A stretch of DNA of 63,042 bases, counting the filler, from Actinomycetota bacterium (GTDB lineage Bacteria > Actinomycetota > CADDZG01 > JAHWKV01 > JAOPZY01), in assembly GCA_025963875.1 (NCBI GenBank). It is 4 parts of 4 records of this genome, joined end to end, with 100 filler letters (N's around TTAATTAATTAA, not from the genome) between each part and the next. Parts side by side here need not be neighbours in the genome. Positions count along the whole stretch, not along the records: positions 1 to 15,223 come from JAOPZY010000245.1; 3 more parts are not named here. One strand, 5' to 3'. Below the pieces are notes generated by a model. It had not been told where the DNA came from. It saw nothing but the letters and a program-made list of their open reading frames with translations, and ran no database searches. The position numbers were made by a program, and so were the translations under genes. Positions 1 through 10,200 of the stretch are shown piece after piece; the stretch's first letter is position 1; each line of letters opens with the position of its first letter.

Positions 1-113
1 GGTGCTGGCACCCCCCGCCCAACACGGGGGCTGCCACCCTTGAGCCACAGGGGGACGAATGGTGAGATGGAGGTGCAAGAGTTGCAGACGGCAGCGCTTC
101 GAGAGGAGTTCAG

Positions 114-353
114 GTGGCCGTGAACGCTGATTTTGAGCAGGAGCGCGAGGCGTACATCCGGCGTTCCTCGCAGGAGCGAGACTTCTTCGACTACTACGTC
201 GGTCGTCCGCACCCGGCGATGATCGGATCTGGCCCACACCGCCCCCGCAAGCGCGGAGCGCGGGTCGCCGGGAGCCGGGCGGCGGCCTGGGTCCTGATGG
301 CGATCTTCGTCCTGGGACTGCTCACGTCGGCCCTGGAGGCCCTCGCCCATTAG
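114..353 (+). CDS. small hypothetical membrane protein (79 aa, C-terminal TM helix)
   Basis: GAGAGGAG RBS before GTG; hydrophobic C-terminus AAAWVLMAIFVLGLLTSAL. Confidence 0.6.
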   Translation: MAVNADFEQEREAYIRRSSQERDFFDYYVGRPHPAMIGSGPHRPRKRGARVAGSRAAAWVLMAIFVLGLLTSALEALAH

Positions 354-2626
354 TGCGCAGCCATCCCGACGATCGGCTGGTTGAGCTTGAGGGAGCCGGT
401 GGAGCCGAAGAAGCCGGCGCTCCCGTAGTTGAAGATCCCGCCGTCGGTGGCGGTGAGCCAGTAGCCCATGCCGTCCGGCGCCGCGGCCACGGCCACTACG
501 GGCTTGTTCAGTTTGAGGGAGCCGGTGGAGCCGAAGAAGCCGGCGCTGCCGTAGTTGAAGATCCCACCGTCGGTGGCGGCCAGCAAGTAACCCTTCCCGT
601 CCGCTGCGGCGGCCACCCCGACGATCGGCTGGTTGAGCTTGATGGCGCCCGTGGAGCCGAAGAACCCGGCACTCCCATAGGCGAAGATGCCGCCGTCGGA
701 AGCGACGAGCCAGTAGCCCTTGCCGTCCGGCGCGGCGGCCATGCCCACGATCGGTTTGTTGAGCTTCATGGAACCCGTTGAGCCGAAGAAGCTGGCAGAG
801 CCGAAGCTGAAGATCCCGCCGTCGGAGGCGGTGAGCCAGTAGCCCATGGCGTCCGGCGCCGCGGCCATGCCCACGATCGGTTTGTTGAGCTTCATGGAAC
901 CCGTTGAGCCGAAGAAGCCGGCCTCGCCGAAGCTGAAGATGCCCCCGTCGCTGGCCGCCAGGAAGTAGCCCATGCCGCTCGGGGTGGGTGCCATCGCGAC
1001 GATCGGCTTGTTGAGCTTCACGGCCCCCGTGGAGCCGAAGAAGCCGGCAGAGCCGTAGTTGAAGATGCCTCCGTCGGAACCCGTCAACCAGTAGCCCAGG
1101 CCACCGGCGGGCGCGGCCACCACAAACCCCGGGTCGGCCGTGAAGCTGAACGTCGCGCTGCCGGCAGTGACGCTGCCCGTCCCCGGCTGAATCCCGGTTG
1201 CCGTGGTCTGGTACAGCAGGTCCCGGGAGCCGATCCGGGCGTCGCTGATCTTGAGCGAGAGGGGCGAGGAGGCATTGGGAGAGCTGCCATCGGGCGCCGC
1301 CCAGGAGACGGCGAACGAGGCAAGGTAGGACTGGCCAGCGGGAAGAAGGCCCGCGATCACCGAGGCATTCCCCGCATAGATGGTGACGATGGTGCCCTCG
1401 GGCAGGACGCCCGGCGGGACGGCGAGCGTTGCGCTGGGCGAGCTCTGCCCGGTGCCGATGGTCAGACCGTTGGCGTGGTACACGCCAGTTGCCGCCACGA
1501 CCGTGTACGCAGCGGGTGGAGCCCCTGGCGGGGGCCCGGCCGAGCCGGAGCTGATGGCGATGCCGAAGGGGCCGTTCGCCACCGTGATCGGCGTGCCCGG
1601 CATGTTGGTGGCAACCGTGATCGGCGTGAGCTGGTTCGACAGGAAGTCGGTCACGTAGGCGGTCTTGCCGTCGGGGGTGATGGCGACGCTCTGGGGTCCG
1701 GAACCCACCGTGATGGGAGTCCCCGGGGTGCCGGTCGCCAGCGTGATGGGGGTCACGTCGTTCGAGGACTGATTGGTCACGTAGGCGGTCTTGCCGTCGG
1801 GGGTGATGGCGATACCGACGGGAGTCGTGCCGACGGTGATCGTGGCCCCGACTGCCCCCGTCGCCAGCGTGATGGGGCTCACGGAGTCGTCGCCGTCATT
1901 GGTCACGTACGCGGTCTTGCCGTCGGGGGTGATGGCGATGCCGCTGGGGAAGGAACCGACGGGGATAGCTGCTCCGGGTGCGTTCGTCGAGGTGTTGATC
2001 GGGATGACGGTGTTGCCACCGAGGCTCGTCACGTAGGCGGTGGCGCCGTCAGGCGAGATCGCAACCGCGTTGGGCCTGTCGACGGCAATGGGGGTGCCGG
2101 GCGTGTTGGTGGCCAGGGAGATCGGAACTACCGTGTTGGACACCTGATTGGCCACGTAGGCCGTCTTGCTGTCGGGCGTGATCGCAATGCCTGGGTACGC
2201 ACCGCCGCCGCTCTGAGGGTTGAATTCGGAGCCGACGTTGATCGGCGTCCCCGGTGTATTGGTGCCCAGGCTGATAGGGGTGACCGTTTCGGAGGTGAAG
2301 TTGAACACGTACGCCGTCCGGCCGTCTGGTGCGATGGCGATCGACACGGGGGCTCCGCCGACCGCGATCGGCGCGCCGGCGAGATTCGATGACGTGCTGA
2401 TCGGCGTGACGGTGTTGAGAGTGAAGTTGGTCACGTAGGCAATCGGGGGTACCCCTCCGGTGGCCGCTCCTGCCGGCGGAACGGGGGCCACCGCGAGCAT
2501 CGCGGCACAGAAGCCCAACACGCTCAGGACACTCGTCAGACGCTTCGACGTCACACGGCGGCTCGCACTCATTCGATCGAACACACGCAGATCCTCTCTG
2601 GACGCGGGCGACATTCGCCGGGGCAA
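350..2626 (-). CDS. secreted YVTN/YncE-type 7-bladed beta-propeller protein with six C-terminal GYWLxASDGGIF repeats
   Basis: Signal-peptide-like segment; 7 copies of (T/I)AYVxN/D...P.GIAITPDGK; 6 copies of a ~41-aa GYWLxASDGGIF..GSTG..KLNKPIVGMA unit; true start may be downstream of 2626. Confidence 0.88.
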   Translation of the reverse strand: MPRRMSPASREDLRVFDRMSASRRVTSKRLTSVLSVLGFCAAMLAVAPVPPAGAATGGVPPIAYVTNFTLNTVTPISTSSNLAGAPIAVGGAPVSIAIAPDGRTAYVFNFTSETVTPISLGTNTPGTPINVGSEFNPQSGGGAYPGIAITPDSKTAYVANQVSNTVVPISLATNTPGTPIAVDRPNAVAISPDGATAYVTSLGGNTVIPINTSTNAPGAAIPVGSFPSGIAITPDGKTAYVTNDGDDSVSPITLATGAVGATITVGTTPVGIAITPDGKTAYVTNQSSNDVTPITLATGTPGTPITVGSGPQSVAITPDGKTAYVTDFLSNQLTPITVATNMPGTPITVANGPFGIAISSGSAGPPPGAPPAAYTVVAATGVYHANGLTIGTGQSSPSATLAVPPGVLPEGTIVTIYAGNASVIAGLLPAGQSYLASFAVSWAAPDGSSPNASSPLSLKISDARIGSRDLLYQTTATGIQPGTGSVTAGSATFSFTADPGFVVAAPAGGLGYWLTGSDGGIFNYGSAGFFGSTGAVKLNKPIVAMAPTPSGMGYFLAASDGGIFSFGEAGFFGSTGSMKLNKPIVGMAAAPDAMGYWLTASDGGIFSFGSASFFGSTGSMKLNKPIVGMAAAPDGKGYWLVASDGGIFAYGSAGFFGSTGAIKLNQPIVGVAAAADGKGYLLAATDGGIFNYGSAGFFGSTGSLKLNKPVVAVAAAPDGMGYWLTATDGGIFNYGSAGFFGSTGSLKLNQPIVGMAAH

Positions 2627-2824
2627 ATTCGCTGAACTTCAGAAGGGAAGGAAGGAGGAGGTGCGAGGTTCTAGGCACCGTGCACTGGAACTGGTTGGTT
2701 GACCGAGTCTCCCTACGGTAGCGCGGACACCCGCCACACGCAAGAAGCATCGCTTGACCAAGGGGAATTTCAGGTCACGCCGGAGGGTTGCTCACTCCTG
2801 GCGTTTACTCTTTGGGTACCTCGG

Positions 2825-2867
2825 AAAAGCCGGGAGCCTGCCGGCCAGAAGCCGGCAGGCGGTTCCC
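2825..2867 (-). terminator. putative intrinsic terminator after the 60-aa ORF
   Basis: Perfect stem GCCTGCCGGC (2836-2845) / GCCGGCAGGC (2851-2860); adjacent AAAA on + gives a U-tract on the - strand. Confidence 0.6.
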
Positions 2868-2879
2868 TCTCGACGATGG

Positions 2880-3062
2880 TTAGGCGGTAACTGCGCTGTC
2901 GCGCCGGGGATAGGCGTGACGGCCCATGCGCTCGCCCTCTTCGACGGTCTCGACGGAGATGTGGTGAGGGATCGACTGGGTCTCGGCGTTCGGCCCGACC
3001 CTGGCGTATTCGGCGCTGCTGTAGTGGGAAGCAGACGCGGGGGGAGCGGTGTCAGGTGCCAT
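2880..3062 (-). CDS. small hypothetical protein (60 aa), divergent from TetR
   Basis: Strong RBS TAAGGAG-acccacc-ATG on - strand; downstream terminator hairpin; operators upstream. Confidence 0.6.
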   Translation of the reverse strand: MAPDTAPPASASHYSSAEYARVGPNAETQSIPHHISVETVEEGERMGRHAYPRRDSAVTA

Positions 3063-3083
3063 GGTGGGTCTCCTTAACGATTC

Positions 3084-3153
3084 GAAACGAGACGGTCCCG
3101 TTTCTTTTGCCTAGTCTAGCACTCGGGCTTTCAAAACGCACGTGTTCCGTATC
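3084..3153. promoter_or_regulatory. two TetR operator-like imperfect palindromes
   Basis: GAAACGAGAC-G-GTCCCGTTTC (3084-3104) and related AAAACGCACGTGTTCCGTATC (3133-3153) in the divergent intergenic region. Confidence 0.65.
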
Positions 3154-3182
3154 GGATATCATCCCGCCCGGAGGTCCCTACC

Positions 3183-3920
3183 GTGCCCGACAATGTCGTA
3201 GTTGAAGGATCGACACCATCACCCCGCCCTCCCGGGCGTCCCCGGAGCCCGGAGGCGGAGCGGGCAATCCTCGATGCCACGCTGGAGCTGCTGGCATCCG
3301 AAGGCTTCGACCGGCTGACCGTCGAGGGCGTCGCAGCCTCCGCCGGTGTGGGCAAGGCCACGATCTACCGCCGCTGGCCGTCGAAGTTGGCGCTGGTGCT
3401 CGCCGCGGTGGGCGAGCTCTCCGCCCACCCGCTGCCTGAGCTCACGACCGGCCGCACGCGCGACGACCTCGTTAACCTGCTCCGGCACATCATCGAAGCC
3501 CTGACCGGCACCATCGCGGGGCGGATCCTCCCGGGACTGGTCGCCGAGTCGGCCCGCAGCCCGGAGTTGCTCGGCGTCCTGCACGACTTCTGGCTGTCGA
3601 GGCGGGGTCTGATGCTGGAGGTCCTGCGGCAGGGATCCGCCCAGGGCGATCTCCCTGAGGACGTGGACCACGAACTGATCGCGGATCTCCTCTACGGACC
3701 CGTCCACTACCGGTTCCTTATCAGTGCCGCGCCGGTTGGCCCGCCGTTGGCCGAACAGCTCGTGGACGCGGTGATGGCACCGTGGGACCTGGCGCTGAGA
3801 GCTTCCGGCTCGCCGAGTCCCCGCTCCGTCGGCAAGGCTTCACGTGTCCGCCAGACAAAGCCGCTGGGACCGGCGAAGAAGCCGGCCTCGCCGGCGGTCG
3901 GGCCTTCCCGAAGCCGGTAG
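3183..3920 (+). CDS. TetR/AcrR family transcriptional regulator
   Basis: N-terminal HTH GRPRS..AILDATLELL..LTVEGVAASAGVGKATIYRRWPSK; GGAGG RBS. Confidence 0.93.
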   Translation: MPDNVVVEGSTPSPRPPGRPRSPEAERAILDATLELLASEGFDRLTVEGVAASAGVGKATIYRRWPSKLALVLAAVGELSAHPLPELTTGRTRDDLVNLLRHIIEALTGTIAGRILPGLVAESARSPELLGVLHDFWLSRRGLMLEVLRQGSAQGDLPEDVDHELIADLLYGPVHYRFLISAAPVGPPLAEQLVDAVMAPWDLALRASGSPSPRSVGKASRVRQTKPLGPAKKPASPAVGPSRSR

Positions 3921-3940
3921 CCGATGCAGCGCCACGCCCC

Positions 3941-4528
3941 ATGACCGATGCAGGCGCGGACTCGCCGAGGCGCCGTATACCTTCGGAGGTCGAGCTCCTG
4001 TTCCAGGCGGCGCAGTCGGCCCTGGAGAAGGGGGAGGCATCCCCCGCGCAATTTGTGATCCCGGTGGGGGAGCGCCGTTGGCGTGTCACCTGCCATGACC
4101 TCGTTGCCACCGGTGAGAACGACTTCGGCATCCCCCCGAAGGCTTTCTCACACGGTGCGGTGGGCATGCTCGTCGCGTCGCTGGGGGCCCGGCTCTGCTA
4201 CGCCGCCGAGGCGGTGGATGGCGGCGCGCGGCCGGCCGCCGTGCCGGCCATCGGTCGGGTGGACGAGGGTGCATTCCGGCAGGCCCTGGTGGTGACGGTC
4301 TTCGCGGAGGGTCGCCTCGAGATCCACGTGCAGCCGTACGGCAGGGGTGCTGAGGGGGCGCTGCTGTGGGGCGAGCGGACGGTACGGTCGAGCACGGAAC
4401 CCGGTCCCCTCGGGGCTGCCCTGCCGTTGTGGCGGGCGGTCAACCGGGAGCCATCGCCCTTGCCGCCGCCGGATGAGCTCGTCTCGGACATGGTCGACAG
4501 CGGCTTCGTTGTATCCCTCGAGGATTGA
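3941..4528 (+). CDS. hypothetical protein
   Basis: ATG just after the TetR stop; protein-like composition; no motif recognised. Confidence 0.6.
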   Translation: MTDAGADSPRRRIPSEVELLFQAAQSALEKGEASPAQFVIPVGERRWRVTCHDLVATGENDFGIPPKAFSHGAVGMLVASLGARLCYAAEAVDGGARPAAVPAIGRVDEGAFRQALVVTVFAEGRLEIHVQPYGRGAEGALLWGERTVRSSTEPGPLGAALPLWRAVNREPSPLPPPDELVSDMVDSGFVVSLED

Positions 4529-4849
4529 AGGGCTGGCCAGTGTGTCACGGCCCTCCAACCGTGGCGCCCAAAGCAACCCCGTCCAGTGCATTTCGTTGCT
4601 TCCTTGCCCCTATCGGCGTACCCTGTCTCTGGGTAGCCCACATTCGGCTCCCAAGCTCCGACCTCAGGTCCCGAGGGTCGGCTACATTCGGTCCCGGCCC
4701 CGGCCGACTGCATCTCCCGGCTAGCAGGCTGGGGTCTTCAGACTTACCGCGCCGGTCTGCGAAGCCGCATTCGTTCGTCGGCCGCGCCGCGACGCAGGCT
4801 GGAGTTGCCCGGCAACTCACTTGAGCGGCGCCATGGGTGAGGAGGAGCC

Positions 4850-5047
4850 GTGCTCCAATGTCCAGCTTGTGGGTCGGGATGGGTCGTCGTGGGGCTGCCG
4901 TACCGGGGAAGGCTCAGTTGCGTCAACTGCCACAACCAGTGGGCACGACCGGCGGCGACGCTGCACACGGCCGAAGGGGAGTGGTACGACCGTCACCTCA
5001 GCGCCCCGAAGCAAGCGAAGAATCCCTCGAGGGACGCGGTTCGATGA
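4850..5047 (+). CDS. small zinc-ribbon protein (CPAC...CVNC)
   Basis: GAGGAGGAG RBS before GTG; two CxxC motifs; ATGA overlap with next ORF. Confidence 0.6.
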   Translation: MLQCPACGSGWVVVGLPYRGRLSCVNCHNQWARPAATLHTAEGEWYDRHLSAPKQAKNPSRDAVR

Positions 5048-5577
5048 AAGACCTGGCAGCCAACCCGGCGCCCGCACGCCTGCGGTGCCTGACCGGTACC
5101 GGAGGCGGACAACTGCTCGAGGGCATCCAGGCTTGCGAGCTCGTGTCACCGCTCGAGCGCGCCATCGAGCTTGCTCGAGCGGATGCCTCTGATCGGTGGG
5201 CGGCACGGCGAGGCTACGCGGCGAGCTCGCTGGAGCCGGCTGTGGCCCGAGCGTACGACCTCGCCGCCCATGCTGGCCGTAGCGGCATGTCGGGCAAGGC
5301 CGCCCAGGAGATCACCTGGCGCAGGCGAGATCCACAGGCGCAGCACCTTGTCTACGAGTCCATCGAGGAAGCTGCCCTCGCTCTCCAGGACTTCCTGTTC
5401 GCCCACCAGAACCAGCTGGTGACGGGCCGGGTGCTGGAGGGCACCGCCGCCACCCGGCCACTACCCGTCTGGAGGCTGCACGGCGGCACCGTCGAACGGC
5501 GGTCGTCGCGCCGCGTGGACGTCGACCTGGCCCTTGGAGAGACCTTGCGTGTCGGACATGGGCCGGTGCCCCTCTAG
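5044..5577 (+). CDS. hypothetical protein
   Basis: ATG overlaps the upstream stop (ATGA); coding-like GC3. Confidence 0.6.
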   Translation: MKDLAANPAPARLRCLTGTGGGQLLEGIQACELVSPLERAIELARADASDRWAARRGYAASSLEPAVARAYDLAAHAGRSGMSGKAAQEITWRRRDPQAQHLVYESIEEAALALQDFLFAHQNQLVTGRVLEGTAATRPLPVWRLHGGTVERRSSRRVDVDLALGETLRVGHGPVPL

Positions 5578-5594
5578 TCACCGGCCGGTACTGC

Positions 5595-6110
5595 TTAGCC
5601 GGATGCGGTCGGGGTGGGGGGCGAGGTGGGGGGCGAGCCCTTGACGCCCGAGTTCGCGATTGCGGCGTCCCGGGCTGCCTCCTCGGCGGCCCGGGCGGCG
5701 GACTCGGTCGCCTCGTGGGCTGGGTCCTTGTTGGACACGTGGTTGCCACCACCGTGGCCTTGGCCGGCCGTCTCGGCAGCCTCCGTCGCAGCAGACTCGC
5801 CGGCCTCGTGGGCGGCGCTGTTGTTGCTGTGGTCCACGCCCGGCGTGGCTGTGCCCGTAACGTCGGGAACGCCCGCGGGCACCCATCCCTGGGAGACTCC
5901 CGCCGGTGCCAGGGCGGGCGCCCCGGCGGGCACGGTGGCAGGGCTGTTGGCACCCGCGGCCGTGGGGCCGAAGAGGGTCACGCCGACCAGGCCGCCGGCG
6001 ACGATGGAACCCGAGATACCTGCTGCCAGAACAAGCTTCTTCGTTGATTTCAAGCCTTGCCTCCTTGGGGCCAGTGGCGGGGAGTGGCGGGGCCGAGCAG
6101 TCATCAGCAT
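5595..6110 (-). CDS. secreted or membrane-anchored low-complexity protein with repeated AHEA(G/T)ESAA motif
   Basis: Basic N-terminus plus hydrophobic segment LVLAAGISGSIVAGGLVGVTLF; His/Glu-containing repeats. Confidence 0.7.
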   Translation of the reverse strand: MLMTARPRHSPPLAPRRQGLKSTKKLVLAAGISGSIVAGGLVGVTLFGPTAAGANSPATVPAGAPALAPAGVSQGWVPAGVPDVTGTATPGVDHSNNSAAHEAGESAATEAAETAGQGHGGGNHVSNKDPAHEATESAARAAEEAARDAAIANSGVKGSPPTSPPTPTASG

Positions 6111-6142
6111 GCCGCGGGCGCCTTGGACCACGGTGGGAAACG

Positions 6143-6170
6143 GCACAGAATTGCTTCAGACTTTGCTCAA
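6143..6170. promoter_or_regulatory. OmpR/PhoB (MprA-box-like) tandem direct repeats
   Basis: GCACAG, CTTCAG and GCTCAA at an exact 11-bp period (6143, 6154, 6165), 33 bp upstream of the 6110 start. Confidence 0.45.
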
Positions 6171-6210
6171 AATGTCACTCGCACTGCATTCTTTGCGAGT
6201 GACGGTGCAC

Positions 6211-7131
6211 TTACCGCAACATGGCTCGCAAAGAAAGCCGTACCGGCTCGCCCGCCCCGGACCCGTGGGTGCAGTGCACCAGCGGGGACCGGCCGAGCAT
6301 GAAGACGCCGGCAACGATCGCCGCAATGCTTGCCACCTCGGCGATCGGCGCCACGCCCCGTATCGTGAGGCTCTCGCCGAAGAACAGCGCGCCGATGATG
6401 GTGGCTGCGATGGGGTCGACGACCGTCAGCATCGGCAGGGACGCCGCCAGCGACCCCGCCTGGAATGCGCTCGACGCAAGGGCGAGGCTCGCAGCTCCGG
6501 ATGCGAGGAGGGCGTAGAGCTGCCATGACATCAGCGCATGCGGGAGGCCGTGCGCCAGCATGACCGCGGTCGACTTGCTGAAGACGGCCACGAGGGCGTT
6601 GGCGACGCCTGCGGCCGCCCCGAGTGCGGTGGCCCGGCGGACGCCCGGGCGCCGGCCTGCGAGGAGCACGAGGGCCCCGATGACGATGACGCCGCCGGCG
6701 CCGATGACCACCCAGGTACTTGTGGGCGCATTTCCGCGGCCCGGCGCCGGTGCCGCGACCGTGAGGAAGGTGGCGAGGCCCACCACCACCAGACCCCCGG
6801 CGACCAGGTCTGAGCGCCCGATCGGGCACCGGGAGATGAGCGCCCCCAGCGGGAGAGCAAAGAGCAGCCCGCTCACCAGCAGCAGCTGCACCAGGGCAAT
6901 CGAACCGTGACCAAGGGCCACGAACTGGAGCATGTACGCGACGCCGTCCGCTGCCAGGCCGGCCAGCCACAGTGGCTGGCGGACCAGGCGGAGGAGGAGC
7001 CCGGGCTTCCGTGCCTCATCCGGCGGTTCCTCCTGGGCCGCCCGCTGTTGCATGACCGAGGAGGCCGCGTAGCCCAGGGCCGCCCCGAGGGCGGCAGCGA
7101 CGGCGATGACGTCTCGGAGATGTCGCACCAT
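6211..7131 (-). CDS. DMT (drug/metabolite transporter) superfamily membrane protein
   Basis: About 9 TM segments; AA..YAASSVMQQRAA..LLLRLVRQPLWLAG..LQFVAL..GSIALVQ and AFQAGSLAASLP motifs typical of actinobacterial DMT proteins. Confidence 0.85.
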   Translation of the reverse strand: MVRHLRDVIAVAAALGAALGYAASSVMQQRAAQEEPPDEARKPGLLLRLVRQPLWLAGLAADGVAYMLQFVALGHGSIALVQLLLVSGLLFALPLGALISRCPIGRSDLVAGGLVVVGLATFLTVAAPAPGRGNAPTSTWVVIGAGGVIVIGALVLLAGRRPGVRRATALGAAAGVANALVAVFSKSTAVMLAHGLPHALMSWQLYALLASGAASLALASSAFQAGSLAASLPMLTVVDPIAATIIGALFFGESLTIRGVAPIAEVASIAAIVAGVFMLGRSPLVHCTHGSGAGEPVRLSLRAMLR

Positions 7132-7203
7132 ACGTTCGGAGCTACCCGGCAGCGAGCGATCCAGACATCGACCGTTCCTGCACCCCGCGAGTAGCCTGCC
7201 CAG

Positions 7204-10200
7204 ATGACGGATCCCACAGCAGCCCTGACGAACCTGCTGCTCGCGGGCCTTGCGCTGTCCCTCGCCGCGATCGGCGTCTCGGGGTGGTGGGTCGCCGGCC
7301 ATCGCGAGGAAGTCGAGGGCTTCCTGCGCGGCATGCGGGCGCGGCCGGGCGTGGTGAGGATCCACGACCTCCAGCGCCGGGCCATCGCCTTCCTCGAGCC
7401 CCGGGTGCGGCCCCGCGCCGCAACGTGGCTGCTCCTGGGTGCCGGCATCATGATCCTGGCCCTCAGCGCGATCGCGTTCGGCCTGATCCTGCGGGATCTT
7501 GTGGCGCAGCAGGAGATGGCGCGGTTCGACACTCCTGCCCTGCGGTACGTGGCGACGCACCGGGTGCGGTGGCTGACGCAGGCCATGCGCACGGTGGCCG
7601 CCCTGGGGAGCCTGCCGGTCGCTGCCCTCGTCATCGTAGGGCTCGGAGGTTGGTACCGGCGGCGGTCGGGGAGTTGGGAACCGCTCCTCATCCTCGCCGT
7701 CACCTCGGCGGGGGCGATGCTCCTGTCGCTTGCGGTGAGCGAGGTGGTGGCGCGCGCGAGACCCCCCGCCGCCTTCATGGCGATCCATGCGCAGGGCTTC
7801 AGTTTCCCGGCCGGCCAGGCAGCCCAGGCCGCTCTGTACGGAGCCGTCGCCTACGTCGTGGGACGCAGCCTGCCCCGGTGGGAGACCAGGGTCACCGTGG
7901 CCGCCGCTGCCGCTGCGGTCAGCTTCGTGCTCGGCGCCTCGGCGGTCTACCTGGGGGTGCACTGGCCCACGGATGTCCTCGGGGGGTGGGCGATCGCCGC
8001 CGGCTGGCTGGTGGTCGTCCTCTTCGCCGTCACCGGGGTTCACAAGCTCCGTGCCACCAGCCCGGCCGCGCGGGCGAGCACGCGGGTTGATGCCGCGCGC
8101 GGCGATCCGGCGAGGCGAGTATCGGCCACGCCAGGTCCCGCTTCGGCAACCGGCGCCGCACCGCCCGGCCGGCCCAGGACCCGCCCGGAGGGGTTGAGGG
8201 AGGGGGAGGTCCGGGAGCGCCTGGCCCATGGCCAGACCAACCGAGCCGAGCAGCGGTCGGGCCGGACCGTGGGCCAGATCCTGCGGGCCAACACCTTCAC
8301 CCGCTTCAACGCCCTGCTCGGGTCCCTGGCAGTCGTGATCATTCTCACCGGATCCCTGAAGGACGCCCTCTTCGGTCTCGTCCTCGTCGCCAACACGACG
8401 GTCGGCATCGTGCAGGAGCTCCGGGCGAAGCGGGCGCTGGACCGCCTCGTCGTGCTGGCCGCGCCGGCAGCCCGGGTCGTGCGCGACGGTGAGCTCCGGG
8501 AGCTACCCACGGAGCTGGTCGTCCTCGACGACATCCTCGAACTCCGGACGGGGGACCAGATCCCGGTCGACGGGATCGTGCTGGAGAGCTCGTCGCTGGA
8601 GGTGGACGAGTCCCTCCTCACCGGCGAGGCGGACCCGGTCCTGAAGCGATCCGGCGACGGGGTGCTCTCGGGCAGCTTCGTGGTCGCAGGCAGCGGCCGG
8701 GTGCAGGCGACGCGCGTGGGGGATGCCGCGTACGCCCGGACGCTGGCAGCGGAGGGCCGGCGGTATGTGGCGCCCCAGTCCCAGCTCCGGATGGGTATGG
8801 ACCGCATCCTGCGCTACGTCACCTGGGCGCTCGTGCCGACGGCGGCGCTCCTCCTGGTGGCGCAACTGCGGGCGCGGACCGGCACCCTGGACGCCATCCG
8901 CGGCTCCGTTGCGGGTGTCACGGGCATGGTGCCCGAGGGCCTCGTGCTGCTGTCCAGCACCGCCATGGCGGTGGCGGTCGTCCGTCTCGCCCGGCGGCGT
9001 GTGCTGGTCCAGGAACTCCAGGCCGTCGAGGGGCTGGCCAGAGTCGACGTGCTGTGCTGCGACAAGACCGGCACGATCACAGACGGCACGATCGCCTTGG
9101 AGGAGCTTCTTCCCTTTGCCGGAGCCGAGGCCCTCCCCGACTCGTTGGGCGCCCTGGCAGCCTCAACCGCAAGCAGGAACGCCACCCTTCAGACCCTCGC
9201 CGAGGCATTCCCGCCGCCGTTGGGCGGCACCTGGCGGCCCACGGCCACCGTGGCCTTCTCTTCCGCACGCAAGTGGAGCGCGGCGACCTTCGACGGCCGG
9301 GGCACGTGGGTCCTGGGAGCCCCGGAAGTTGTCCTGGCACACCTGGACGACACCCATCCCGAGCGGAGCAAGGCCAACCAACTTGCCGCCACGGGCCGGC
9401 GGGTACTCGCCGTCGCATCGTCTCCCTTGGACCCTTCCGACGTGGACGGCTCGCCACACCTTCCGGCCGACCTCCGCCCGCAGGGCCTCGTCGTGTTCTC
9501 GGAACGCGTACGTCCGGAGGCAGCCGCCACGCTCCGCTACTTCGCCGAGCAGGGCGTCGCGCTCAAGGTCATCTCGGGGGACAACCCGGTGACGGTTGCC
9601 GCCGTGGCAAGCGCCGCCGGCCTGCCGGATGCCGGCACGCCCCAGGACGCCCGGACGCTGCCGGACGATCCCGAGTCGCTCGCCAAGGCCATGGAGTCCA
9701 ACAGCGTGTTCGGGCGGGTCACGCCGCCGCAGAAGCGGGACATGGTCCGGGCGCTGCGCGGCCGGGGCCACGTCGTGGCGATGACCGGCGACGGCGTCAA
9801 CGACGTCCTCGCCCTGAAGGAGGCGGACCTGGGCGTGGCGATGGGGTCGGGGACGGCGGCCACGCGGGCAGTGGCGCAGGCGGTCCTCCTCGACGACAAC
9901 TTCGCCGCGATGCCCGACGTGGTGGCGGAAGGGCGCCGGGTTATCGCCAACGTCGAGCGCACCGGCAGCCTGTTCCTGACCAAGACCGTCTACGTCTTCC
10001 TGCTCGCGCTGTGCGTGGGCCTGGCCGGTGTGGCGTTTCCGTTCCTCCCACGCCACCTGACACTGGCGGGGTCGCTCACGATCGGCATCCCGGGCTTCGT
10101 CCTCGCACTGGAACCCAACAGCACCCGTTCCCGGCCAGGTCTGCTCTCCCGGCTCCTGCGGTTCGCGGTTCCGGCCGGGAGCATCGCCGCGGCGGCGACG

